Counted from the first letter of the whole stretch, positions 22,344 to 34,342 are shown. The stretch is 63,970 nt of DNA, filler included, from Craspedostauros australis (GCA_030167865.1; 12 parts of 12 records of this genome joined end to end with filler, not necessarily neighbours in it), one strand, 5' to 3'. A program made the numbers and translations. The notes: generated by a model not told the origin, from the letters alone.

Positions 22344-24503
22344 ATGACGGCACCAGGCGCAAGTTCTAAGAGAAGGTCCGCGGGCAGCTCGAAGAAGTCC
22401 TCAACCAACATCCGCGTGGTGGGTCGAATTCGACCGCTGGCCAAGTACGAGAAGGAGAAGGGATGTCAGCAGGTGGTGTCCGCTTTGCCGTCGCTGGGTG
22501 CCAAGGCCGCCATCCCGACGGGGCCAACGACGGAGCCCGAAGTGCTGCAGATCCACCCACCGCAGGGGGAGAAGCGATGGTTCGAGCTGGACGCCGTGTT
22601 CGACGAGACCTCCACTCAGGAGGACGTCTACGTCAAGTCTGGCGCGCAGCAGGCGGTGTGCGAGGACCTCTTCAAAGGCTTCAACTGCACGATATTAGCC
22701 TACGGGCAGACCGGCGCCGGAAAGACCTTCACCATGGGAACGGCCGCCAACAGCAGCGACTGCATCACGGACTCGGACGGCGTCATCCCACGCGCCTGCG
22801 CCGACCTCTTCCGCCACATTAACGCTAAGTGCGACGGAAACGCGCAGGTGGAGCTGTCCTACCTGGAGATCTACAACGAGGAGATCCGGGACCTCATGTC
22901 GGACGCCACCAACGGCAACTCCTCCGCCCTGCGCATCCGCGAGACCCTCAACGGCGAGGTCTACGTCAGCGGTCTGGACTCAAAGTCCGTGCAGAGCCCC
23001 GAGCACATCGGCAACTTCATGGAGCAGGCGTCCAAGCGACGCGTGGTGGCCTCCACCAAAATGAACGCCACCTCCAGCCGCAGCCACGCCATCTGCGTCC
23101 TCAGGATAAAGGGCGTGCTGGAGGACTCCACCAAATTCGAGTCCAAGCTCACCCTCGTCGATCTCGCAGGTTCCGAACGCATCAAGAAGACGGGCGCCGC
23201 AGGCAGCCGCGCGCAGGAGGGCATCAACATCAACAAGGGACTCTTCATCCTAGGTCAGGTGGTCAGCGCCCTGGCGGAGCAGCGACCTAAATTCAAGCGA
23301 AAACCGCCCTACCGTGACAGCAAGCTCACGCGCCTCCTGCAGGACTCCCTCGGTGGCAATTCGCGCACCATCATGGTGGCCTGCGTCAGCCCCGCCGATT
23401 TCAACCTCGACGAATCCATCAACACGCTGCGCTACGCCACCAGCGCCCGCAACATCAAGAACACGGCCACGCGCAACGTCATCAAATCCATCTCGCCCGA
23501 GGAGGCCGCCAAGATGCAGCGCGAAAATCAGCTCCTCAAGACGCAGGTCGCGGAGCTGCAGCAGGCGCTCGAAAAGATGTCCATGGACGTCGCTTCCACG
23601 GTCTCGTCGACCAGCATCGACACGGATGAGGATAGCACCAGCCTCGATCGATCGCCCTCCACCGATCTCGTGGACGGCATCAGCGTGCCGACGGAAGCTC
23701 TCAAGGACGCCACGCCCACCAAGCGCGAGAGGCATCTGCAAAAGGAGGTGGACAAGCTAACGTCCGCCCTCAAGCATGCAAAGGAGGATGTGCGCAAGAG
23801 CGCGAGAGACACGGCCGTCGAGCTGCCCTCCCTCAAGGTGGAGCTCGCCAAGATGGAGGAGAAGATCAGCGAATCGCGGACGCTGGAAGACGAGAATGCC
23901 GAGCTGCGCCGGGAGTTGGAAGAGGCCAAGGCAGATGCCGCGTCATCGCGACAGGCCGCCAACAAGCTCAGCGAGATCATGGACCAGCTGCGGGAGCTCA
24001 AGGGCGACGAGATCGAAAAGAAGCAGATGGAGCACGACCACGTCAAGGTCGAGGAGTCGTGGGTCAACTTCGTCTTCCAGGTCCTCGAAACGCACAAGGA
24101 GCAAATGCGCAAGCTGCGGGAAGATTTCTACCTCGTCGTGCGCGTCGTCGAAAGTCCAGACGTGCAAACGCCCACCGCCATCACGCAGCGCAAATGGTGG
24201 GGCGGCAAGCAGATCGTCGGCGAAGAGATGGCCGTGGATCCGGAGCTGCGACAGAAGCTCCTGTCGGAACACATTCAATTCTTCAACGACAAGATGCTGG
24301 AAATTGAGGATGAAGTCACGGACACGTCGGACTCCCTCAATGCCATTCGAGAATCGCTGCGGCGAGAACGTGACAAGATCGAGCTCGACATTGGAACGAC
24401 CGAATTCATGAGGGATTCTCTCAACAAGGATGACAGCGAATTACTAAACCAGCTGACGGCCTTGTTAATTGGGCCCGTCAAGTCGCTGGATGCGGATCAA
24501 TGA
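22344..24503 (+). CDS. N-terminal-motor kinesin (kinesin-4-like) with coiled-coil tail
   Basis: NIRVVGRIRP, P-loop GQTGAGKT, switch I SSRSH, switch II DLAGSE, PYRDSKLTRLLQDSLGGN. ATG 22344 follows the CA-rich leader. Confidence 0.96.
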   Translation: MTAPGASSKRRSAGSSKKSSTNIRVVGRIRPLAKYEKEKGCQQVVSALPSLGAKAAIPTGPTTEPEVLQIHPPQGEKRWFELDAVFDETSTQEDVYVKSGAQQAVCEDLFKGFNCTILAYGQTGAGKTFTMGTAANSSDCITDSDGVIPRACADLFRHINAKCDGNAQVELSYLEIYNEEIRDLMSDATNGNSSALRIRETLNGEVYVSGLDSKSVQSPEHIGNFMEQASKRRVVASTKMNATSSRSHAICVLRIKGVLEDSTKFESKLTLVDLAGSERIKKTGAAGSRAQEGININKGLFILGQVVSALAEQRPKFKRKPPYRDSKLTRLLQDSLGGNSRTIMVACVSPADFNLDESINTLRYATSARNIKNTATRNVIKSISPEEAAKMQRENQLLKTQVAELQQALEKMSMDVASTVSSTSIDTDEDSTSLDRSPSTDLVDGISVPTEALKDATPTKRERHLQKEVDKLTSALKHAKEDVRKSARDTAVELPSLKVELAKMEEKISESRTLEDENAELRRELEEAKADAASSRQAANKLSEIMDQLRELKGDEIEKKQMEHDHVKVEESWVNFVFQVLETHKEQMRKLREDFYLVVRVVESPDVQTPTAITQRKWWGGKQIVGEEMAVDPELRQKLLSEHIQFFNDKMLEIEDEVTDTSDSLNAIRESLRRERDKIELDIGTTEFMRDSLNKDDSELLNQLTALLIGPVKSLDADQ

Positions 24504-25276
24504 TGTTAATGGAATGGAACAGTTTATTCATGACGCAGCAGTTGAATTGTTGCATGCAAACGCAAGGCATACTGTACTCGTATGGCACCGTTGCCCTCAA
24601 GAGTTTATTTGAGTATACAGCGTTGAGTGCAAAATACTGATGCGACTAGTATTATGCTAGAGTATACTACGTATGCACGCTCATCCTGTCAGGTGGCTAA
24701 AGATATGCCATACAACGAGTATACTATATCTATCAACCCACGCAGTATAGAATACACATAGGACGTACGTACGTACGTACGTACTACTCGCAGTCCCAAT
24801 AGTGCTGCCACCAAGTTGCAAAGCAATGATGTTCCTCCTGCGCGACATCGACAGGCGTTTTGCGATCATCGGATAGAATGTTTGTTTTGCAATCATGCAT
24901 TGCGCCTCGTTGCCATTGCTGTTCTGGCAGTCGAGGCTCTGAATTGCAGCCGCGATCGCGTAGTCTTCTGTGGTGAGGCCTGCGGTCGCTGCATCCGCGT
25001 GGCCGTCTGGTGACCACGTATCTCGCAGAGAGAGAGCTATGCATCGAGGTGAGTGAGCTTGTTTGATGGCCATGTACGCATCATGTTGCAAGATCATGGA
25101 TAGCCAGAACGGCATTTGCCGTCAAGTCTGATCGCATCGCATAGTAGTATGGCATCCATTCGTGGCATCCATTCATGCCATCGTGTACGTGTATGGATCG
25201 ACCAACGAAGAGAGTGGAATGTTCACTCAACTCCACACCACGACTCTCCTCTATGATCGAGACTACGCGTTGTGAA

Positions 25277-25302
25277 TGTGTGTGTGTGTGTGTGTGTGTG
25301 TG
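25277..25302. repeat. (TG)n microsatellite
   Basis: Direct reading. Confidence 0.9.
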
Positions 25303-25973
25303 ATCGACGCGACGGAGGCATGAATTGAGTTGAGTCGAGTCGAAGCTACCATCATGTCCATCCACAGAGAATCAGGAGGCTCCTGCCTGGAAGTACTTGT
25401 TGGGGATGTTGTTCTTCTTTGTCTGTTGGTGTCAAAGATTGCGATGTGGAGAAGGATCATCTGACGATTTCTGCGACGAAAGCATTTTTTGAAAGTTCGG
25501 ATACCAACGGTTCCGCCAATCAAATCTGACGAGAATTCAATGAGAATCCTCTGTGATAATCCATGTTTGTGCTGTCACCGAGGAACCGACATCAATCACC
25601 AACGGATCCAACATGGCAACGACACTGCCTCTTCAACAACGAGGAGGGGCACTACGACGATGGAACTCGATGACTCGCGCACATCCATCACTCGCCCCAA
25701 CACCATCACTTCGCTTCGCTTTTATTCTTCGTTTGCAAGGGCGCCATGGCATCGTTCTTTCCTCGACAGCATCCAAACCAAACAGCCCGCACATAAATCT
25801 GTCCGTGCGCTCTCCAGTACCATACTATTCTATTATTAGAATACTATTCTATTGTATTACAAACACCAGACCATATTCCTGGTGGTACGAGCGTAATACT
25901 TGCAATTCCGAGGTCCGCGGATCTCTCTTGCGCATAATACCAATACAACTATTCACACCACACGATTGACACC

Positions 25974-26885
25974 ATGGCTTCACCAAGATCTCTGTTCCTC
26001 TTCCGAGCAGCTCTGGCTGCCGCGATGTGCACCATGTGCAATGGATTCGGTGTCCATCCTCGTACCATGCCAGCACAAGCCAGTGCCGACCAGCACAGTG
26101 GCGTCCATCGCGGACGCTGGGCGACAGCCCTTGCCTACAAATCAGAGTCCGCAGACGGTGCCATGGCAGGAGATGTCAGCGATGACATCAATCACGATTT
26201 CATCCATCTCGAGCCAACGGCCGAAACACCCCGCACTCTGGACGTGGAAGATCCGGTCCTCAAAATCCCGGAGCTCGAAAAGCAACTGAAGGCACTGAAG
26301 ATAGCGTCGCCTCCAGTGGATGGTTCGGAGTACGACGATGCGCATGCGATCGAAGAGATGCAACGCATCCAGGACGAGCTGGATCATACTCGCAGCATGG
26401 CAGAGTTCGGTGTCCGCGCGGCGCAGCTGGATTTCTACCAGGCATTCTCCGACGGCGATTTGGAGCTCATGACCAGCATATGGGGCAAGGACCAGCCTGC
26501 TGCAGCAACAACCAATATGACCGCCCCTGCTACTGCCGCCGGTGATAGCAAGCTATCCTGCATACATCCAGGCATGCCCAGCATCGAGGGCCGCGAATCC
26601 ATCCTGCAGAGCTGGAAGGAGATCTTCCAGTACCAGGCGGACAACGTCAGCTACAACGGCAAGTTCACGGTCCAGGCCGGATCTGGAGCCAAGATATCCA
26701 TCTGCGGTATCACGGCACTCTGCAGCTGCACAGAAGAAATCACGTACCGCAGGATGGACAAGAAGGGAGACGGATCGGAATCGTCCACGCCGATCCAGAA
26801 GATGGAGGCGCTCAATGTCTACAAGCGCGAAGACGGCAAATGGCGCATGACGATGCACATGGCCAATCCGATCATCGAGATTTGA
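25974..26885 (+). CDS. SnoaL-like/NTF2-fold protein, probably plastid-targeted
   Basis: VRAAQLDFYQAFSDGDLELMTSIW, CIHPGMPSIEGRESILQSWKEIF, ALNVYKREDGKWRMTMHMANP. Signal peptide ending CNG|F resembles the ASAFAP motif. Confidence 0.88.
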   Translation: MASPRSLFLFRAALAAAMCTMCNGFGVHPRTMPAQASADQHSGVHRGRWATALAYKSESADGAMAGDVSDDINHDFIHLEPTAETPRTLDVEDPVLKIPELEKQLKALKIASPPVDGSEYDDAHAIEEMQRIQDELDHTRSMAEFGVRAAQLDFYQAFSDGDLELMTSIWGKDQPAAATTNMTAPATAAGDSKLSCIHPGMPSIEGRESILQSWKEIFQYQADNVSYNGKFTVQAGSGAKISICGITALCSCTEEITYRRMDKKGDGSESSTPIQKMEALNVYKREDGKWRMTMHMANPIIEI

Positions 26886-27227
26886 ATACGGTGTGAGGAT
26901 TGTACGTACATATAGCAATCTCACTCTCAATTATAATACGAGCTAGACTGGCAGCAGTCACAGCAACGGCAATAGCAACAACAACGGCAACAGCAACACG
27001 TGCACAGTGATCAAGTCGACGATATTGACAGACCCCAAGATGATGACACGGTCAAGACGAATACACATGGGTCGACTCAACGACGACTAGAGCAGTTGAA
27101 ATGCAAGGATAACGAACGAAGTACTTTTGGCACTCACATGGTAAGCTCAACACGGCCATTATATACTCTACGGCCTCCTCAACATCCTCGTGTTGGTAGT
27201 CCAACCAGAACGTCGTCTGGCAAATGC

Positions 27228-29207
27228 CTATGCGTACACCACATCTTCATTCTTTTGCTCTCGATAGATTTGTTCCAGCGACGTGTCAGCAAATAGATCA
27301 ATCGCTTTGTCGTACACTCGCCGCAGCTGCTGCTTCGACCTGCTCTTCTCGAGTTGAATGCATCGATCGACGAAGTCCTTGATGCATTCCAAGCTCTTCT
27401 CATGAATGTGGATCGTGCTGTGGAACAGAACCTTTTCATAGAGCTTTCGCACACCGCGAATGTCGTCATCCTGTTCCAGAATATACTCCAAGTACGGCAC
27501 GAAGAGCTCCGATGCATCCTGGACGACCGTCGGGATGCCTTCCAGCTCCATCGCCGACGGAAATCCTGCTGATAGCAACAGGATCTTGTCAAAGGTCTGA
27601 GCTATGGTGGCATTGCTCTTGGGCTTGTTCTGTGCCAGCAGCGTCATGAAAAGTTGCAGCAGCACCATCAAATGGTCTTGTTTGTGAATGTCCGTACTAT
27701 CCGCACCCTTGCGGAGGATGCGGAGCTTCTTCTTGACGTTGTTGGGACTCAGCAAGGACCATTGAATCCAAAGGATGGCGGGGACGGGTGATTGCGTGGA
27801 CGATGCCTCACAGTGGCGTTGCAACTTCGTTTCGGCCTTGTCCATGTCGTTGTTGGAGACATGATAAGCGATCTGCTCCAGCACGAAATCGGTTGCGGTA
27901 GATTGTTGCTGTTTCTGCTTTGATGATGATGCAGACGATGACGTTGACTGTGCCGATGATGTTGACGCGCGTTGGGCCAACAACGTCTGCTCGATGAATT
28001 TGGTAACTGCGGTGTACTCCTCGCTATCCTCGTCGTGTTGGGTGCGATACGACACAGCAAACCGGAATGCCTGAAGGTACATGTTATCGGTCGAAATTGC
28101 CGCAATGGCCTGATTCAGAACATTCAGAACGGGATCGGTGAATTCGGTCTTTTTCCTTTTGGCTGGTCGATTCTCCGATGAACTGTCATCGTCACTGTTG
28201 TCATTGTCGCTATCGCCACCAGCGTTATCTTCGCCGTCAATACCATCTGCATCCTTGGCAAGCTCATCCATCTTCGTGATCGATGTTGATTGCTGCCCTT
28301 GCTTCTTTTTCGCTTTCTCAGCCGTGTACATGGCACGCGCAATCCAAGCCTCTGGTTTGTCCTGGAAGTCCTGCTGCATGGTGGAATGGATGGTATCGAG
28401 GATGGTATCGGTGAACGGGAATTGCTTGCAAATGTCCATGAACTTGAGACGAAATTCCACCGAATCTGGCACCGACCGGATAGCGTTCTTGTAGATGATG
28501 GAAACGATCTTGTAGGTTTCGCCAGCGTTGAATTCCTTCTCACCCTTCAGGATTTCGCGGCGCCCACGCAAGAACTGCGCAAAGTGCAGCTCCAAAGCAA
28601 AATACTCCAGCCACAGATCCTGCGCCCCCTTGTTGATTCGCAATCCGCGCTGCAGCAGGACTCGGGCACTCTGGATGCTGCGTGACGATGTATCACCGAA
28701 GAATTCGTTGGACGCCGCCTCAATCCACAACCCCGTTTGACGTGGAAATATCTGCAACGCCTCCGCGTACACGCGTCCCAAGCGCTTGTTGCTGTGTTGC
28801 TCCTTGCAGAACTCGGCATGCAGCAGGTGCAGACTCAGGTCGGAACGGAATTTCCGAATGGCGCGCACGAACAGCAGATGGATCTGCTGCACGATGTGGA
28901 CGTCGCCAATGCGCTCCTTGTTTTTGCCATCAGCGTTGTCGCCATCGTTCTGGATACTGGCTGCGTAATCGAAATCGCGTTTGCGTTGCTTGTCCCGCAG
29001 CTTGCGCAGAAGCTCCAACTGCTTCTCGGCCTCGATGTACCGCAGAAAGTCCGCCTTGCGTGCTGCCTTGCGACGCAGCAGGTACTCCGATTCACGACGG
29101 CGCGATACGATGGCCTTGACCTCGACTTCGCTGAAGACGTTGCGATCCAGGAGGTCACGCAACGGCGCGACCATCGCGTCCAACGCATCCTGCACGTGTT
29201 CCGCCAT
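27228..29207 (-). CDS. UTP6: U3 snoRNA-associated protein 6 (HAT repeats)
   Basis: MAEHVQDALDAMVAPLRDL...FSEVEVKAIVSRRRESEYLL...DFLRYIEAE, LWIEAASNEF, ARVLLQRGLRIN, LWLEYFALEL. Confidence 0.93.
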   Translation of the reverse strand: MAEHVQDALDAMVAPLRDLLDRNVFSEVEVKAIVSRRRESEYLLRRKAARKADFLRYIEAEKQLELLRKLRDKQRKRDFDYAASIQNDGDNADGKNKERIGDVHIVQQIHLLFVRAIRKFRSDLSLHLLHAEFCKEQHSNKRLGRVYAEALQIFPRQTGLWIEAASNEFFGDTSSRSIQSARVLLQRGLRINKGAQDLWLEYFALELHFAQFLRGRREILKGEKEFNAGETYKIVSIIYKNAIRSVPDSVEFRLKFMDICKQFPFTDTILDTIHSTMQQDFQDKPEAWIARAMYTAEKAKKKQGQQSTSITKMDELAKDADGIDGEDNAGGDSDNDNSDDDSSSENRPAKRKKTEFTDPVLNVLNQAIAAISTDNMYLQAFRFAVSYRTQHDEDSEEYTAVTKFIEQTLLAQRASTSSAQSTSSSASSSKQKQQQSTATDFVLEQIAYHVSNNDMDKAETKLQRHCEASSTQSPVPAILWIQWSLLSPNNVKKKLRILRKGADSTDIHKQDHLMVLLQLFMTLLAQNKPKSNATIAQTFDKILLLSAGFPSAMELEGIPTVVQDASELFVPYLEYILEQDDDIRGVRKLYEKVLFHSTIHIHEKSLECIKDFVDRCIQLEKSRSKQQLRRVYDKAIDLFADTSLEQIYREQKNEDVVYA

Positions 29208-29693
29208 GGTTGCTCAAATCCGCAAGGCAGTGGATGTAAGAAGCAGTGTAGGAGTGGATAGAACCAGGTGTGGAGTACAGCAGTGGAAGGTCGCTCTACG
29301 GATACGACGACTGGTCGTACTACAATGTCGATGGTGTCAATGATGTTGATGATGGCGGTGGTGCTGATGATGATTGTCATGTTCGGTGTCGCGACGGATG
29401 CAGATCTTGCGCAAACGGCAAAAAGTGAGATGACGAAAATTGTTGGTGGTCTGACCTTCGCACGCGCCGATTCTTCGACTACCTTGACTTCACGTTTCGC
29501 GCCTTTCTTGATTCTGTGTCAGGAAGCAATCAACACAATCGCAGACTTCGCACACATCTTCTTCGACGATTCTCGACCAACGTCTCCATGACGACCATCC
29601 ACACGCAGGTCGTATCAGTACCACCTGTCATTCGCTAACTTCGGAAAGGAGCGAACGTAGACTGCCATTGCCACTGTGTTTCACCGATTCATC

Positions 29694-30668
29694 ATGTTTG
29701 AAGTGTCATGGGGTGAGCTCATTGTGCTGTCAGGCGTCGCCACCGCCGTGATTGGTCCGAGGGATTTGCCGAGGGTATTCCGCACGGTGGGGACCCAAGT
29801 GGGACGCATAGTTGGGCTGCTCCAGGGTGCAAGAGCACGCGCGGATCAGTTTGCCGCGAAGAATGAATTGCGACAGCTGCAGAATGAGCTGCGAAGCGAG
29901 CTGAGGCAGCTGGATCAGGTTCGGACGGAGCTTGCTGTGGCGGCGAGTTCGCAAGGCATCGTCGGGCGCGGACTCGGTGCCTCCGTGGCTTCCGCCAACC
30001 GCACTTCGAACGCACGAGCCTCTGCGATCACGCCCAACCAAAAGCCGTCATTTACCAATGTCGCGACGGGGACGATGGGCGCAGCATCCATGGCTGGCAT
30101 TGCCGACGGCGCAGTGTCTGGACTGTTAACATCTCCGGCATCACCATCACCATCGCTGCCAGCTCGCAGTAACGGAGGTGATGCGGATGCTTCGACTGAG
30201 ATGTTTGAATTCTCGATTCCGGCCAGCGCGACGGTTTCAGCTAGTGACGCTTCAAGCAGCGAATCTATTGAAGTTATCGGGCGTACCGGGCCAACGTCGG
30301 CGCCAACGTCAGCAACAGTATCAGCAGAAGACATGGGATCGGGCATCCCGCCATCTGAAGGCGGCGGCACCGCAGCGATTCTCGCACCGCAGGTCGTCTC
30401 AGAACGTGCCACGATGGAAGAGGAATGGGACAAGCAGGGGATTGGATTTCGATCTGTTGCGGAGCGCGGCGAGTGGATGGGAACGCAGGCAAACGTGGAA
30501 GGAACCAGCGGCATGACCGGAAGCCAAATACTGGAGAACATCATCAAGCAGAACCTCATCTTTGATCAGTACGACCGCGTGGTGGGAGAGCAGGAACGCG
30601 AGGTGCAAGAGCGGGTGGAGCGTATCAAGGCCAAGCGCAGTGGCACCAAGGACGAGAAGAAGGGATGA
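29694..30668 (+). CDS. tatB: TatB-like (MttA/Hcf106 family) protein, probably mitochondrial
   Basis: N-terminus MFEVSWGELIVLSGVATAVIGPRDLPRVFRTVG matches the TatB TM helix, GP hinge and amphipathic helix. No preceding signal or transit peptide. Confidence 0.8.
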   Translation: MFEVSWGELIVLSGVATAVIGPRDLPRVFRTVGTQVGRIVGLLQGARARADQFAAKNELRQLQNELRSELRQLDQVRTELAVAASSQGIVGRGLGASVASANRTSNARASAITPNQKPSFTNVATGTMGAASMAGIADGAVSGLLTSPASPSPSLPARSNGGDADASTEMFEFSIPASATVSASDASSSESIEVIGRTGPTSAPTSATVSAEDMGSGIPPSEGGGTAAILAPQVVSERATMEEEWDKQGIGFRSVAERGEWMGTQANVEGTSGMTGSQILENIIKQNLIFDQYDRVVGEQEREVQERVERIKAKRSGTKDEKKG

Positions 30669-30823
30669 GCCGCATTCGTACTTGATGTGCTGGGAAGAGT
30701 GTAGTCAATCTGGTTTTTGCAATGTCAATTCATGGTGCGTTTGCTCTGCCACTCTAGCATGAAGTCAGACAAGTAGAGTACCATATGATACTCTCTCTAG
30801 AGAAAGACTTACACAATGCGTGT

Positions 30824-32125
30824 TTAGATATCGAGCTCACGCGGCACCACCGGCCTGGTGTACACAAAGTATTCACCATCCCCGTCCTGGACGATGCGGA
30901 AATCATCATCGACGTACTTCACAAAGACCTTGCAGGTGGCCTCACGGCCCTTGTTCCATGGCAGAAGCTTCCAGATGGCCCCGACAGGCACATTGAGCTT
31001 CCAAATGATATCGCCCACCAGTGGCAATCCAGACAGACCCGGCACCTTGCGGCTGGTTGTGTAATCCACCACCATGGCCAATTCGCCTTCCTCCTTCATT
31101 TCGCAGGTTGCGGCCGTCACAACGCAGCCTCCAAAAGTGGGCAACAGTTTGAACCATCCGAGAATTGGGATGCTGCAGTGACAAGAATATGACATGGGTG
31201 GTGTGGTCAGTTGTTGCATGGCGATTTGTGGCCACAGCAGGTAGAGTAGAGGAGAGCAATCGTAAAATGGCGCGAATGGGGCAATGAGTTGTTGGGGATG
31301 ATCGCATGTGTGAGGATATTGGTTTGCATGTGTGCATTGTACGCCGCGATGAACTATTGCTGAATGCTATGGGTCATCGTACAAGGAGTGTGGCCACACA
31401 GAACACAGCACAGGACACAGAACAGCACTCGCACAAGTACGATACCCCATCAAACAGAAAACAAGTTCATCGTCGTATCATACGTACACCGTGAGGCTGA
31501 AAATCGATGTATCGAATTCGCTGTACAAGTACTTCTTGACAGGATCGATGCGCTGCGCCACACGGCCGATCTTCGACACGCCCCAGGAGCAGGTCTGCAA
31601 CTCGTGCAATCGAAAGAAGAGGTTGGCCTTGGGTTCACCGTTGATTTCCTTCTCCTCAGCGTACTCGTAGGAATCCTGAATGGCCAAGAAGAATGGCGAC
31701 GAACGGAAGATGCCATGCGGGACAGTGGAAAGGACGAGCTCCCATTCGCCCTGGATGTCTTCCAGCGTCGTTGGGACCTTATCGGGGTTGGCCTCCAACA
31801 ATCCCTCGATCTTTTGTCGTGCGACTTGCATGGTCTCGCCGTAGTATTCACCCGATGTCGGGTTGTAGGATTGACCACGATCGAGAGCCGCACCCAGTTG
31901 CAATATCTGAGCCTTGGCCATTTCCGTGGACGCAGTTGCAACTGTTGACTCGGATGTGGTTCCAAACCATGTGCTTGCCTTCAACGCGGTGCTGCTGCTG
32001 CTAGTGGTACACATCGCAGCACCACAAGTGGGGACGTGCTGTGGATTGTTCGAAACCCAGCTGAATGCACATTGTGCAAGAGCGCAAAGCAGCAAGATCT
32101 TGCTCTTGAATGTCTGAGATGTCAT
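30824..32125 (-). CDS. PAP/fibrillin (plastid lipid-associated) protein, 2 exons: 32125-31488 and 31172-30824
   Basis: Bipartite leader AFS|W, IEGLLEANP...LEDIQGEWELVLST, and C-terminal VKYVDDDFRIVQDGDGEYFVYTR. Intron 31487-31173 (GTACGT...TGCAG) joins in frame as SLT-V-IPILGWFKL. Confidence 0.88.
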
Positions 32126-32894
32126 CTTGGTCAATCCTATCTGTTGCGACGACTTCACTGGTGCCCTTCCTTCGTTTCTGTTGGTATGATATTGTGATCG
32201 GTAGCAACCAAATGATGCGGCTCGGCGTTACACTCGTATCTGTGTCCACAGAGAGTGAAGAACGTGTGGGTCTTCTGTTGGCGATCTTCGTCATCGCGAA
32301 GATCCGTTGGCAGATTCATCAACACTGAAAGATGTGTGTTGTGTTGGTTTTGGCAGGATGTGACTGACGTTAATCATTTGGGTCGTTCCGATGTTGATTG
32401 ATTGACCCATTCGACTACCTGGGAGTTGTCGGAAAAAGAGAAAATCACGTTTTTTGTGTCGGAGTCTGTTCGCAAATGACAAGAAACTGCCAGTTGCCAG
32501 TTCGCCACACGTGATGGAGCGCACTCGATTCGAGATGTTCGACTCATACGACTACTACAAGAATGCCGAGTTGGTTCACGAGAGCAAACGATCATTTCTG
32601 AGTCCCGCATTGTTGCGGGTGTGGAGATGGGATTTCCTCGCTGCGGCATTGTTTTGGTGTTGCTCATTCTCGTCACACTTTGCTGCGGTGGTCCGGAAAA
32701 AGCACCGTCTTCTTGGTTGGCAGAACAAGTCCTTGTCTTCTGGTTTGTTGGCTTGTACTACTGTTATATTGAACTCATCAAAAGCCCACCAGGGNNNNNN
32801 NNNNNNNNNNNNNNNNNNNNNNNNNNNNNNNNNNNNNNTTAATTAATTAANNNNNNNNNNNNNNNNNNNNNNNNNNNNNNNNNNNNNNNNNNNN

Positions 32895-33143
32895 GTGAGA
32901 AGGATGTGCAACATCTGTGATGTCTACATCTGCAAGCAACACTGGGCTACATACCATGGTCAGGATGAGGGCTGACGAATTTTTTTTTACTAGTAAAACC
33001 GTGTGAATAAGAAGAATGGTTCCGAACTAGATTAAAAAAGAAAGCTTTCTGTCGTAGCTCCTGGTAGGGAAACCTCGTTCAAAATTTAACACGGGCCGAA
33101 AAAAAAGGATATAATGAACGCGTTGGACCCGGGTCGTTAAGGG
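32895..33143 (+). mobile_element. piggyBac-like DNA transposon 3' end (transposase Cys-rich C-terminus plus putative terminal inverted repeat)
   Basis: Contig start translates VRRMCNICDVYICKQHWATYHGQDEG*. An AT-rich subterminal region follows, ending GGGTCGTTAAGGG (reverse complement CCCTTAACGACCC), then ATAG. Confidence 0.7.
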
Positions 33144-34003
33144 ATAGCATTGAAATAGCGTTACGACAACACTGCAATAGCCTCGCAATGGCCTCAGGCT
33201 TAGTCATATATCCAAGCAAACGACAGCCAAAATCGCCCACAAAGTAGCCACCAAATCGATTCTTCTCGCATTTCGCAATTGACTGGCGTGCTCTGAGCAA
33301 CGTGGAGAAGTACATGATGCATCTCCATCAATTGCAACCGACGCATACAGAGTAACACTCCCGTGGCTTGAACACCGAGCGCTTTCGAAACAATGAACAC
33401 AAGAGTGTATTGCAACTCAACTCTCTCGAAAGCATGGATTTCTGGAGGCATCGCTCCATTCACATCCTTGCAACCGTTGATTGTGTGATCCCACACAATT
33501 CCAAACCAACGAAAGCATCGACAGGCTATCCTACACTATCCTTCCATACATCTTCCATACCTCTCCCATACATCTTCCATACATCGTCCAGACGAGCATC
33601 CACATCTCAGGTTGGAGCGATCTCTCAGGAGGTCAAACAATAAATCCCGACTGTCGCACACTCACAAAGACTGACGAAAACGAGAAACACTATCGGCGAC
33701 GGCGACGGCGACGACGACGACGAAGAAGGGAGCGACCAAGCAATTGATCCAAGAGAGAGGGCGACTAAGGAGACGCAGCAGCGGCAGTGCAAGTATCGGT
33801 TGCGTCCACTGAGTGACTGAGTGAGAGCGAGAGACGCCAATCCAGACATTGAACGCATAGATTCAGGTGCATGTGACTGCAACGGCAACTCCAGCTTCGG
33901 TTCCAGTCAGAAAAACGCAACCAGCAATACCTCCAGCACATCATCAACTGCACCAACATCAAGATCAATACCCATACTCATACGAGAACAGCATACGTGC
34001 ACA

Positions 34004-34342
34004 ATGGCCATCCCCGAAAGCCCATCGCAAAAGTCACCCCGCTCTGTGAGTCGTTCACAGAGAGCCGCACCTTCGACGCCCGCTCCCGTGTTCAACACCA
34101 AGCGCAGGCAGAGGAGAACACCGACCTCCCAGGAGCATCGGGAAGCCACACAGCAGCAGCAACGCCGAACCTCGCTGCCATCCTCGCCTATTTCAAGATC
34201 GAACAGGCGAGAAGTGCTACATCCAGCAACGCCGCCACCTGCCGCGGCAATTCGCAGCGCGCGGCGCAGCTCGGATTCAATGGTCGCCCACGCTCGATCG
34301 CAGCAGGTCGCAGCGGAGACCCGGCGAAGGAGAAACACGGTG
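34004..34342 (+). CDS. Possible N-terminal fragment of an unknown Ser/Arg/Pro-rich protein
   Basis: ATG after a CA-rich leader, frame open to the contig end, no recognisable domain. Confidence 0.35.

Noticed and set aside
33050..33110. tRNA-like A/B-box (TAGCTCCTGG...GTTCAAA)
   Set aside because: No cloverleaf can be formed, and it lies in the putative transposon subterminal region.
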